46,225 bases of DNA from Chrysochromulina tobinii (Eukaryota), in contig JWZX01003159.1 in NCBI GenBank assembly GCA_001275005.1, forward strand, positions 1-46,225. Direction: 5' to 3'. The notes under the pieces were generated by a model. The model had not been told where the DNA came from. It saw only the letters and a program-made list of their open reading frames with translations, and ran no database searches. Each line of letters starts with the position of its first letter. Position 1 is the first letter of the stretch. The translations under genes and the position numbers were made by a program. Positions 1 through 10,000 of this stretch are shown here, piece after piece.

Positions 1-495
1 ATGATGAGCCAATCCAATGTGTGGTCCTACTTCTATCCCTACGTCCCTGCCATTCCCAAGGAGCACCAGCCCAGCAATCCCGCTGCCAGCACTTCGCCGA
101 ACCCCCAGCTTGACGAAGAGGCTGCAAAGGCCGAGGTCGAGGACGTGCGAGATCAGGAGCACAGAGCTGCGGTAGCCCAAGCAGAGGCGTTTCGAGCCGA
201 GGCTGCCAAGGTAGCGGCTGCGGAGGAGGCGGCGCAGGCTGAGGCAGCCAGGGCAGCTGCGGTGGAGGCGGCGCAGGTTGAGGCTGCTAGGGTGGCGGCT
301 GCGGAGGAGGCGGCGCAGGCTGAGGCAGCCAGGGCAGCTGCGCAGGCGGCGGCGCAGGCTGAGGCTTTCGTGGTGCAGCAGCTACCCACCGCTGTACGCA
401 AGATTGATGGTTCTCGATACCGGAGATCTAGCTTCCAGTTCCCTCGCCATCGATCCCTCCTTATCGATCGCCTGGTTCGGCGGTACGGCGGGTGA
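1..495 (+). CDS. Hypothetical Ala/Glu-rich protein, possibly 5'-partial or repeat-derived
   Basis: 164-aa ORF with an EAARAAAxEAAQA helical repeat and no recognisable domain; lies at the window edge. Confidence 0.35.
   Translation: MMSQSNVWSYFYPYVPAIPKEHQPSNPAASTSPNPQLDEEAAKAEVEDVRDQEHRAAVAQAEAFRAEAAKVAAAEEAAQAEAARAAAVEAAQVEAARVAAAEEAAQAEAARAAAQAAAQAEAFVVQQLPTAVRKIDGSRYRRSSFQFPRHRSLLIDRLVRRYGG
199..360 (+). repeat. Coding tandem repeat, alternating 42/39-bp units (81-bp higher-order unit x2)
   Basis: Units at 199-240, 241-279, 280-321 and 322-360; each begins GAGGC and ends GGCGGCGCAGG(C/T)T. Confidence 0.85.
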
Positions 496-902
496 CGTGG
501 TATGCGGTGGTATGCGGTGGTATAAGGGACCCCCTGCGCTGGTATGCGGTGGGGGGATTCAATTGGGGGGGGATTCAAAGGTCGTGCCGTCTGAGTTGGG
601 TGAGTGTAGGGCATGAGGTGCTGGGTGAGTTTAGGTGAGTGTTTGTCGGATACAGTCGGATCTACATCTGTTATGATAATATAGTTCTACTACACGACAT
701 GTAATTTACATTGTACCTTTACATTCTATTGTAGCTGTAGCTTTAGAACCGAACCTTTACATTGTAGCGGTAGGGTACAAAAAGCCTGCCTGCCACAAAT
801 CCACAGTTGGAAGCAACCTAGAAGCAACCCAGTTCAGAGCGGGAGCCCGGCGCTCAAGCCACAAGCCACGTGGCACAGAACTCCTCGCCTATTCAGCTGC
901 AG

Positions 903-3900
903 CTACAACTCGAAAACTCGTGCATACACCTCCGAGAGCGTGTCCGCATGGGCTTTCGCCCATCGAAGCTCCTCCTCCGCGGCGAGGCGCTCGAGCTGCT
1001 GCATGCACAGCTCGAGCCGCCCGTCCTTGGCGCTGGTGCTCAGATCGCCATCAAGCGCCGCCTCGGCGGACGGCGCAAGAGGCGTGCCCTCCTCCGAAAA
1101 CGACTGTTTCAGGAGGTCCACCTTGTCCCTGGGCAGCATGGAGACACTCTGGGTCGTTACGAGGCGAGCAAACTGCGCAGGCGCGCTCAGCCGCACGTCA
1201 AGCGCCGTCGAGAGCGTACCTGATGAGAGAGAGAATCAGATGCAATCAGTCAAAGACTCTCGTACAGCTGTAGGCACTGCCGTCGAGCGCGGTCGCGAGC
1301 GCACCGAGGAGGCCGAGCAGCAACGGGAACCGCCACGGCGCGCGCGCAGTGACGGCGACCGCATGCAGCGCCTCGTTTGCCTTGCCGAGCAGCCCGGCGA
1401 GCCGGCCCTCCTTGGCATGCGACAAGTGCGCCAGAAGTGTCCTGTACACGACGCGCCGGATAACGAAGAGGCAGAGCTCCGCGGCGGCCCCTTCACAGCT
1501 GGCGCGCGAGACTGGGAGCTCGACACGTGGCAATGAGGCCAGTCCGGGCAGCTGCTTACGCAGATGGCGCGCCATCTCGTCCACCCGCACGTTCCCCCAG
1601 TCCACATTGTTGAGCATGAGGCAGAGCTCCTGCACGCTCGGCGGACGGCGCACCGCCTGCACCAGTAGGCTCTCCTCCGGCCGCCCTACCGACCCCCTGC
1701 CGCCCTGCGCTGCACAGTCGGCCTCGAGCGCAAGGGCCCAGCTGCGTATGGTGGTGGCGGCCGCCGCTGCGGCCGCCGCGCCAATGTCGATCGTCGCCGC
1801 GTCGCCACCTCCAGATGTATTGCCTATGGCGCGCCTGTGGTGTATCGCACTCGCACGAAAGACAAGCAGCTGCTCTCCCTTCTCGATGCGCAGCTCTCCA
1901 TTGGACTGCAGGGACACGGAGGCATCCACCCCTAGGAGCAGCTCCTTTTCTTCCGTGTGCTGCGCGTCGTGAGCCCATTGCAGTCGGCCGGGGCGCAAGA
2001 TCACGTGCCGAGTGCTCCAGATGAGGGCCTCACCTTTCATCTCGAGCCCCTCCCGCAACCTCGTCGCCCAAGTAGGCTGCTTCTCGAGCCATCCTGACAT
2101 GATCACGAGCTCAACGCGTTCCCCCCCCGCATGCTCGCCATGCTCGCCATCCGGCCTCTCGGCCGCTGACCTCTCGGCCGCCGCCACCTGAGCCGCAGCT
2201 GCTTCGGCTGCCGCGACGGCCAACGGCTGGCTCACGTCGCCCTGCTGCCACCTGGGTCGCAAGAGCATGCAGTACTGGCTCAATTGCGCGTCGAGGAGCT
2301 CGAAGAAGCGCTCCGCGGGCGGCACAAGGTCCGCATGGGACTTGAGCCCGCCGCATGCGGCAAGGTCAGCAAAGAGGTTGCAGAGCTCGGCGAGGTGGCG
2401 CACCTGATGAGGGGGCCATCAGATGAGGGGGCCATCAGATAGCCATCGGTGGCAATCAGAGGTCATCAGCGGGCCGCGCACCTAAAGAGGGACGCAATCA
2501 GATGGCCACCAGAGAGGCCATCAGAAGCTCATCAGAGGCGCACTCAGAGCTCATCAGAGGCCATCAGAGCTCGGCGAGGTGGCGTACGAAGTCGACGATA
2601 GACGAGGTGATCGGCTCCGTAGGAGCAATGGGCGCCCAGATCTCCTGCGCGAGATGGCGTGGCATCTCGAGCTCGAGGAGCAAAGAGAGCTTCTCACACA
2701 GCCCGAGCAGCACGCGCGCGCTCACATGGCGGAGCGCGGGCCACCCAAACACGGAAGACTGATGGGCCTGTGTCTTCCAAGCGTCCAGCGGCGAGACATT
2801 GGGGGAGCTTTTGAGGGAGCCTTCCTCCCCCCCACCGCTGCCGCCCTTTTTCTGACCGGTGACCATCTTGTACGCCTTGTGCACAGCGCCGCCGACGACG
2901 CCGCGCCCCTTGCGCTGGCCAGCCTTGGACTTGGTCGCTTGGTCGGAGGTGCCGCCACCGCCGCTTGCCACGGCCTCGGCCACGCGCTGGGGGCGCCCGA
3001 GATGGCGCTCGAGCAGCGCCTCAAGTTTCGTCTGGAAGCGCCCGAGCGCATGGAGGACGCTGATGGCGACCGGCCCCACAGTGACGAGGCTGTCGAGCAA
3101 TGCGCGCGCTCGCACGTCGATCACCGAGGTTGCGATAGCGTCGAGCGCCACTCGGAGCGCACGCCACTCACCCGTGGGACCGCCACCAAAGCAGCTGCCG
3201 AAGGCTTGGCAGTAGGCGAGTTCGGGGCCCAAGGCCTGCTCGAGGGCCTCGCAGAGCTGACGAAGTTGTTTCGCGCCCTCGGCGTCGACGTTTGGGTCCT
3301 CGGTGCACATGGCCTCGGCCTCAATATCCGAGGCCCACTCGGCGAGCGTGCCTTCCCTGATGGTGTCGGTGTCGATCTGGTCGGCCGAGATTGAGCGTGC
3401 CTTCTTCTCGGGCATGCGCAGCATCACCGTGCGCTGGTAGCATACAATACGCAGGATGTCGCCCGTGATGCTGACCTTGGTGTGCGGATCCAGGGACATC
3501 ACCTTGAGCCCAGTACCCTTCTCGTCTTTCGCCCAGACGATTTTGCCGGGCAGCAAGGCCACATACTTGAGGGACCATGCAAGGGAGCGGTAGCCTGTGG
3601 GCGCGTGGCTCAGAAGCTGCTGCGTGAGGTTCTCCGTGAGCGATGCGCCGCCAGCGAGCCGCTTATCGCCCGCCGCCGCCGCCGCGCCGCCACTCACCGC
3701 GGCCGCCTCGAGACGTGAAGCAAGCCCATCCCGCCACCCTATGTTTCATGATGGGAGGTTCGTCAAGAGACAATCAGAGGGTCAAGAACTCATCAGAGGC
3801 TCATTAGGGGCAATCAGAGCTCATCACCTATTTCCCAGGAACACTCAGAGGGTCAAGAACTCATCAGAGGCTCATCAGGGGCAATCAGAGCTCATCACCT

Positions 3901-6605
3901 ATTTCCCACGAAGGGAGTTTCTCAAGCCAAGCACTTCGGAGCGGTCGACCTTCGAAGCCTTCCGCGCCCATGCCGCTCTTGCCGAGAGCGACGGCGCCAG
4001 CCGTCGCGGCCGCACCAACGCCGACCGCGACTGCCGTCGCGTGGGCTCCGACCACGACAGCTGCCGCTGCCGGCAGCGTCGCAGTCGCGGCCGCAGCAGT
4101 CGCAGCGCCGGCGGCCGTCGCCGTCGCGGCCGTAGCAACAGCTGCGTGGGCAGCCGCCACGCTCGCCACAGCCGCGGCCGCCGGCAGCGCCACCGGTAGC
4201 ATCACGACAGCTAAGGCAGTTGCGGCCGTCACGCCCGCACCCATAGCGACAGCCTTGGCGACAGCCTCTTTGTCGCCCGTGGCCGCCGCGGCGGCTGCAT
4301 CCCGAGTGGCCGTCCCGACGGCCTTGGCGCCATCGACTGTGGCCGTCCCGACGGCCTTAGCGCCATCAAATGTGGCCGTCCCGACGGCCTTGGCGCCATC
4401 AAATGTGGCCGTCCCGACGGCCTTGGCGCCATCAACTGTGGCCGTCCCAACGGCCCTGACTTTATCGACAGACTGCTCAAAGATGTTGCGCTTGGACGAA
4501 TCATTGGGCAGCTGAGGTACTGGCGCGTTGGGCGACGCAGCGGCGGCCGTGCTAGTCGGTCCCTGGGCCACGGGCGCGAGCGCCGTGCTGAGCGCCGCAT
4601 GGGACATCGCGGTGCCGAGCGCACGAAGTCGTTCCAAGTGGCTCGCGACAGAGCGCGCGATGAGCGCTGTCGTGAGCGCCTCGACCTTGCGTTCGCTGCT
4701 CCCAAGCAGCGAACGCAACGCTGATGCCTGGGCGAGAGTGTGGAACTTAGTCACGATTCGACCCGAAGATGAGATGGCAGGGCGCGCGTCGCTCTTCGCC
4801 CCAGGGGTGATGATGCCATGGAGATGTTGGAGTGCCGCCGCACGCTCCGTCGGCCCCGCGCGATTGAGCACGATCGCCGTGAGCGTCGCCAGCCGCCAAG
4901 TGCCTACGAGCCGCGGGAGCTCAGCACGTCCGGAACAGCCTCCGAGGTATCGAAAGTCGCGCAGCACCTCAGCCAGCTCGGCGGCGAGATCGGCCGAGGT
5001 CGAGGCGAGCCGATCAGCAGCCCGCCAGGGATGGCGCGATTTCGTCTTGTAATCGCGCAGCCGACGGGTGAGTGCCGCCTCCCGCGCTGCACGCTGGATG
5101 AGTGTGGCGGCCGCCGCCCCCGATTCACCAAGCGTGGCGCAGCGCGGCAAGAGGTGATCCAAGCGCGCTTTGGCGGCCGCGGCGTGCGCGACGCGTGCGT
5201 CAGCCTCCGCATCGTCGTCAGCCGAGCTTCTGTGCGTGAGCTCCGCCCACACCGCCGCGATTAACGCCGTGTTGAGCTGCTCTTGCCATGCGGGCTCGAG
5301 CGGATGCGCCTCCGAAAAAGTCCGCAACGCATGGACGCGAGCTCCGAAGGCGTTGACTAGCACGTGTAAACGCGCGAGGGCGTGCGTGCGTGCGTCTAGC
5401 CGGAGCGAGGGCCAGACACGATGGAGCGCCGGCAGCGCGCGCGACTGCGCCTCGTTCGAGGCTGGCAGCCATTCGTACCACACCCCGCCATGACCGCCGC
5501 CGCCGCCGCCGCCGCCACCGCCGGGGCCTTCGATGGCGCTACCGGTACCGCTACCATCCGCAGTCCGCGAGAGTGCGGGCTCTAGCAAGGGCTCGAGAGC
5601 TACGGCACGCACAAGCTCGGCATACAATTGGAAGGCCAGCGGGGCCGGCCACGGGTGACCAAGCGCCTTAGTTGCCGTGAGCGTGTCCCAGATGACCATC
5701 TGCCACTCGTTGCCACCGGTGGCCGCTGCGGCGGTCGTCGCAACCGTGGCTGCATCGATCGGCGCGATAAAGTCGATCGGGAGTGGGACGTCGTCCTGGG
5801 CGCGTTCGGTATGGCCCTCGAGCAGGCGGGCAGCGTACAGGTCGATCGCATTTGCGACGCTCGCACCGCCGTCCGAGCCGTCCAACGCCAATACGAGCAG
5901 CAACCGTTGGCGTGCAAGGAATGGTCTGCTGGCCGAATCGGCAGAAAGAGCGCTCGCCTGGATAAGTACGATGGCGCGGTAGGCGGGGAGCCATCGCTGG
6001 ACGGTGTCGCGAGGTATGGGCACCGGGCCGCCTTCGGTATGCAGCAGGAGCCTCGCCAACATCTGATGCTGGCGCTGCGTCACCCCGAGGGACGATCGCA
6101 GCAACTCGGAGAACTCGTCCGTCGCGCCCTCGGTGCACAACATGTAATGCTCGTAAGCGGCCACTTTCGCCACGGCGGCGTCCAGCTCCGAGCGGCGAGC
6201 CCGGGCGCCCGCGTCAACTGATGACGCCTCCGTCTTAGCACCCTGCAAGCCTTCGTCAAAGACAGCCCGCAAGCCCGCGGTCATGCCGACCTTATAGAGG
6301 CCTGTACCCAGGAGATTACTGACGCCGTCACCGACGGCCTTCGCGCCGTCGCCGACGGCCTTGGCCCCCTCAAGGCTCTTCTTGCCCACAAAGGCAGCTC
6401 CATCCGCTGTGGCCGCGCCAACAGCCTTGAGTTTCTCGACGGACTGCTCGATGAAATTGGCCTTGGGAGCCTCTGGCGGTGGCGTCAGCGCCGGCTTACC
6501 GTCGATTCGGGGATGCATCGCTTTACCTGACCGCTGCAGGCAGCAGCCAGCAAGGACTTGTTCAGGCGGAGGCAGCAAGGACTTGTTAGACAACACCGAG
6601 GACAT
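903..6605 (-). CDS. PATROL1/DUF810 (Munc13/unc-13 MUN-domain-like) protein with two inserted PH domains, ~1770 aa; exons 6605-3899, 3738-2588, 2403-1266, 1219-903
   Basis: Four minus-strand ORFs join in frame through GT-AG introns (5313 nt, divisible by 3). Motifs recalled from plant DUF810 proteins occur in the expected order: HPWPAPLAFQLYAELV, VWPSLRLDARTHAL, QEIWAPIAPTEPITSSIVDFVRHL, ELCLMLNN, LCLFVIRRVVY. Two PH-like segments (SAWLEK...WSLKYVALLPGKIVW...LAEWASDI; SGWLEK...WSTRHVILRPGRLQW...IRSWALAL). ATG at 6605 chosen as start. Confidence 0.75.
1220..1265 (-). mobile_element. Introner-like intron E1 (46 bp)
   Basis: GTACGAG...CTGATTGCATCTGATTCTCTCTCTCATCAG. The following exon also starts GTACG (5-bp duplication). 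Removal restores the frame (SAYS-C-TLSTALDV). Confidence 0.7.
2404..2587 (-). mobile_element. Introner-like intron E2 (184 bp) with 23-bp target duplication
   Basis: 2565-2587 duplicates 2381-2403 with one mismatch; body of CTCTGATG/CTGATTG repeats; ends CCCCCTCATCAG. Removal gives IVDF|VRHLAELCNLF in frame. Confidence 0.8.
3739..3898 (-). mobile_element. Introner-like intron E3 (160 bp) with internal 71-bp-period duplication
   Basis: GTGATGAGCTCTGATTG...CATAG. 3774-3837 and 3845-3908 are 64-bp copies with one mismatch, and the copy includes the exon end plus donor. Splicing gives EKLPSWEIG-WRDG in frame. Confidence 0.7.
4306..4455 (-). repeat. 33-bp coding tandem repeat (11-aa VGTAT(V/F)DGAKA, ~4.5 copies)
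   Basis: Units start at 4306, 4339, 4372, 4405 and 4438 on the + strand. Confidence 0.9.
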
Positions 6606-7079
6606 TTCGAGCACGCTCACTGGGCTCGTTTGCGCTCTCTCATACTTCTCTCATCGTCCTTTTCTTCTGAATTGCCAAATTAGAGACTCCAGACGACAAA
6701 CATCTAGAGACTTCTAGGCCCGACCGAGCCAGCTGAGGCAGCCTTCGCGAGTCCGTGTGGCTCGATATTCAGATCTCAGATCAACGTTGATCTAAAGGTT
6801 GATCTTCAGATCTCAGATACAACTGAGAAAACATCCGAGCCATCTCGTCCGAGGCTGAGGCCGCGATGGATGATGAGGACGAAGAGGACGAGGAGGCCGG
6901 TGACGAAGTGTCGCCACGGTCGCCAAGGCCGGGCAGGCGCCATCCTGTCAATACTGGGCAGCACGCCCCAGGGCCTGATGAAGGCGATGCGGACAAGGAC
7001 GAGTAGGAGGGCGAGCGGCTTGGGGAGGCGCGGGCTGCCCCACTGGGCACTGGGCTCTGCCTCTGGCTCGCTCTCGCGC

Positions 7080-10000
7080 TTACTTGCCACCTTGAGGCTG
7101 AGCAAGCTTCTGCAGCACGCGCGTCGTATACTGGCGCAGCATGCCATCGGGATGGGACACGAGCGGTAGCAGCGCCTTATCGAGAGCGAGAGGAGTCATG
7201 ACCTCTCGGCACTCGGCGTGGCCGGCGAGGTTGCCTAGGGAGAAGACGGCGGTGCGCGAGGAGCGCAGGCGTGCGGCCACGTCGACGTTGCCACCGCCTT
7301 CGTCGTCGGCCGCCCCAGCTGCGGCCCCTCCTTTGGCGGCCGCACCCTCAGCTGGTGCCGGTGCCGCGTCCGACGGCGCAGCGAGCACCTGCAGCGCGAG
7401 CGCCAGCAACGCCTGCGGCACCTGGCGTGCGATGAGCTCGGGGGAGAGCTGCGCGCCGTTCCGGGCGAGGTTGCCGAGCGCGCCCGCCGCGTTCGCTCGC
7501 GTCTTATGGTCCAAATCGGAAAGGCACCCCACGAGCGGCTCGACGCACGATGCAAGCTCCGCGTAGAGCTCGTCGCTGTGGAATCCGGCATTGCCCACTG
7601 CGAAGCATGCGAACTTGCGCACGGCGGCGTCGGCGTCGGCGCAGCGCCGGCTGAGCAGTGGCAGCAGGGCGCCCCGCCGGAGCACATCGTAGTACCCGAC
7701 CGAGTGCTTGCAAAGGTTGCCGAGCAGGTTACATGCCTTGGCGCGCACGCCGCCGTCCGCATGCCGCAGGAGGGCTGGCAGGCGCTCGCTCAGCACGCTC
7801 CCATGCACCGCTGGACTCAAGCCGATGGCGGCGGCGCCGCCGCTCGCGCCGCCGCTGGCCCTGGCGCCGGCGCCGCCGTCCGCGCCGCCGATGGCGTCGC
7901 CGATGCGTGCAATCTGGCAGAGGATGAGAAGGGCGTCGGTGAGCGTGGCCGTTGCACGTGCGGGCGCGAGCATGCGCCGGAGCGTAGGTGGAGCCACACC
8001 GCCAAGTGCAACGTACTGCTGCGCAAAGTGCGTCGAGCCGAGCACGAGGCGAGCCATCAAGCCCACTGCCACCTGAGGATCATGTGGCTCCGCGAGCGGC
8101 GTCGACATCAGCAGTGCCCCCAGCAGCTCACCACTGTACATGGCTTGCTGAAGCGCCACGAGGGCCTGTGCTGAGCGCTCACCGCGCGACCCAAATGGCA
8201 CATACAGTGTCAAGCTCACCGCGTTGAGCAGGGCCGAGGCGGCGCCCGCGCCGCCGCCGCGTGCAGTCGCGACGAGCCGCACCTCGCGCAGCGGCGCGGC
8301 CGGTCGCCAGGGGCCAGCGGTGGCACCCATCGTGGCGGTGGTGCTTCCGAGCGGCTCGGTGCGCTCGAGTAGGTGCATTAGCGCCGCGAGGAGCCCCGAG
8401 TGAAGCAGCTTGCCAGCGGAGACCTCTGCATACTTGGAGAGCCCCTCGTGCGCGGCGCGTACAAGCATGAGCGTCCCGACGATGGAGAGCAGCGGCGGCG
8501 GCTCCGGCGGGCCGTTGGCGGCACTGAGCGCGGCGGCGGCGGCGACGGCAGCCCCGGAGGTCAAAGCCGAGGTGGTGGAGCCAGTGTGGACTAGTGAGCC
8601 TTGCGAGACGGTGCGCAGCGCACCCGCCAGAGCGCGCCAGAGCGAACTCTTACCTAGGGGAGCGAGGTGCGCGTGCTTGCGGGGTAACCGGCTCAGAAGG
8701 CGCTGGAGGAGCGCCGCCAAGCCATCGGCCGCGCGCGTGTGCGGCAATCCGAAGGCCGTACCCTCAGCCGTCCGGAGTGCCTCGTCGGCCGCGACGGCGG
8801 CGGCCGGGTGCAGCAGCCACTCGAGCCACGCGAGGGCGCGAGAGACAGCGCCGCTGTCGCCCACATCGGCCTGCAGAGCCGCGAGCACGTCGTGCGCGCT
8901 CACGTCAGTCCGCAGCAGCTCGGCGAGGCAGCCGGATGCGACGCTGGCCAGGACGGCGGCACGGCCACCGTCGCTTGGGGAGCCGGCGGCCGAGGACGGC
9001 TCTGTGGGCGATGGGAGGATGGCGGGCAGGAAAGTGAACGGGTGCTGGTCGGCGGCGGTGGGCGGCTGCGAGGGCGGCGGCACGAGCGGCGGCGCTGTCG
9101 CCAGCCAGCGTACGAGCGTCGGCAGGTGCGGTGACGAGCACAGCACGGCCGCGGAACGCGTCTGCTGCGATCCGTGGGAGAGGAGCAGGTTGAGAAGCAG
9201 CATCGCCAGCAGCGCCGCCACCTCTCCGCCCGTCTCGTCTCTCTCCTTCCAGGGGGCCACTACGGTCGGGCGCGCCTCCGCAGCAGCCGTCACCACTCCC
9301 CAGAGCGCCAGTTGGGTGAGCTCGTCGGTGGCGAGCGCCGCAGCGAGCGCCGGCTGCGCACGGCCCACGCTCAGCAACAATCGGAGAGTCGGGAGAGGCA
9401 AGCGCCCCATCCAGCCGGCGACGCGCGAACGGTACGCAAGCAGGTGCTGGCCGACCGCGCAGCAGAGTGAATGCCCCGCCTGCGAGTGCGGGCCCAGAGC
9501 CTCATTGTCCGACTCGGGCGCCGCCGCGGAGCGAGCGTGCGATGGGCGCGCGGGCGGCGGCGGCGGCGGCGACGGTGCCTCATCCACGGGCGTGTGCACG
9601 ACGGCGCTCAGGAGGCTGAGCGCCGAGGCGGGCGCCTCGTCCAGCAGGTCACACAGGGCGCGGAGCGCGGGCGGCGTGCGCGCGAGCTGCGAGCGCATGG
9701 CGCTGATCGTGAGGGCCTCGGCGCGCTGCAGCCCCTCCAGTTGAGTGAGCGCGTCGATCCGCGTGGCAGGGCTCTCGAGCGCTTGTAGCAGCTTCGCCAC
9801 CCGCGCTTCCACCCCAGTAAGAGCCGCGTCGAGGCCCGCGTCCGCCGCGCACGCGGCATTGCTGCCGCTCGGCGCTGTGGCCGCGCGTGGCACCGACGGC
9901 AGGAAGCGCTCGGGAAGGGCCGCCGCTGCCATGCTGCTGCCGCCGTCGCCTTGGCGTTCGACATGGCGCTCGACAGCGTTGGTCGTAAGCGGCGGCGCGC

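Noticed and set aside
2404..3898. Hammerhead ribozyme, suggested by the recurring CTGATGAG (CUGAUGA core)
   Set aside because: No stem II closed by C followed by GAAA, and no convincing stems I/III. The only nearby GAAA derives from exon sequence and is preceded by G. An Infernal search would be needed to exclude it formally.
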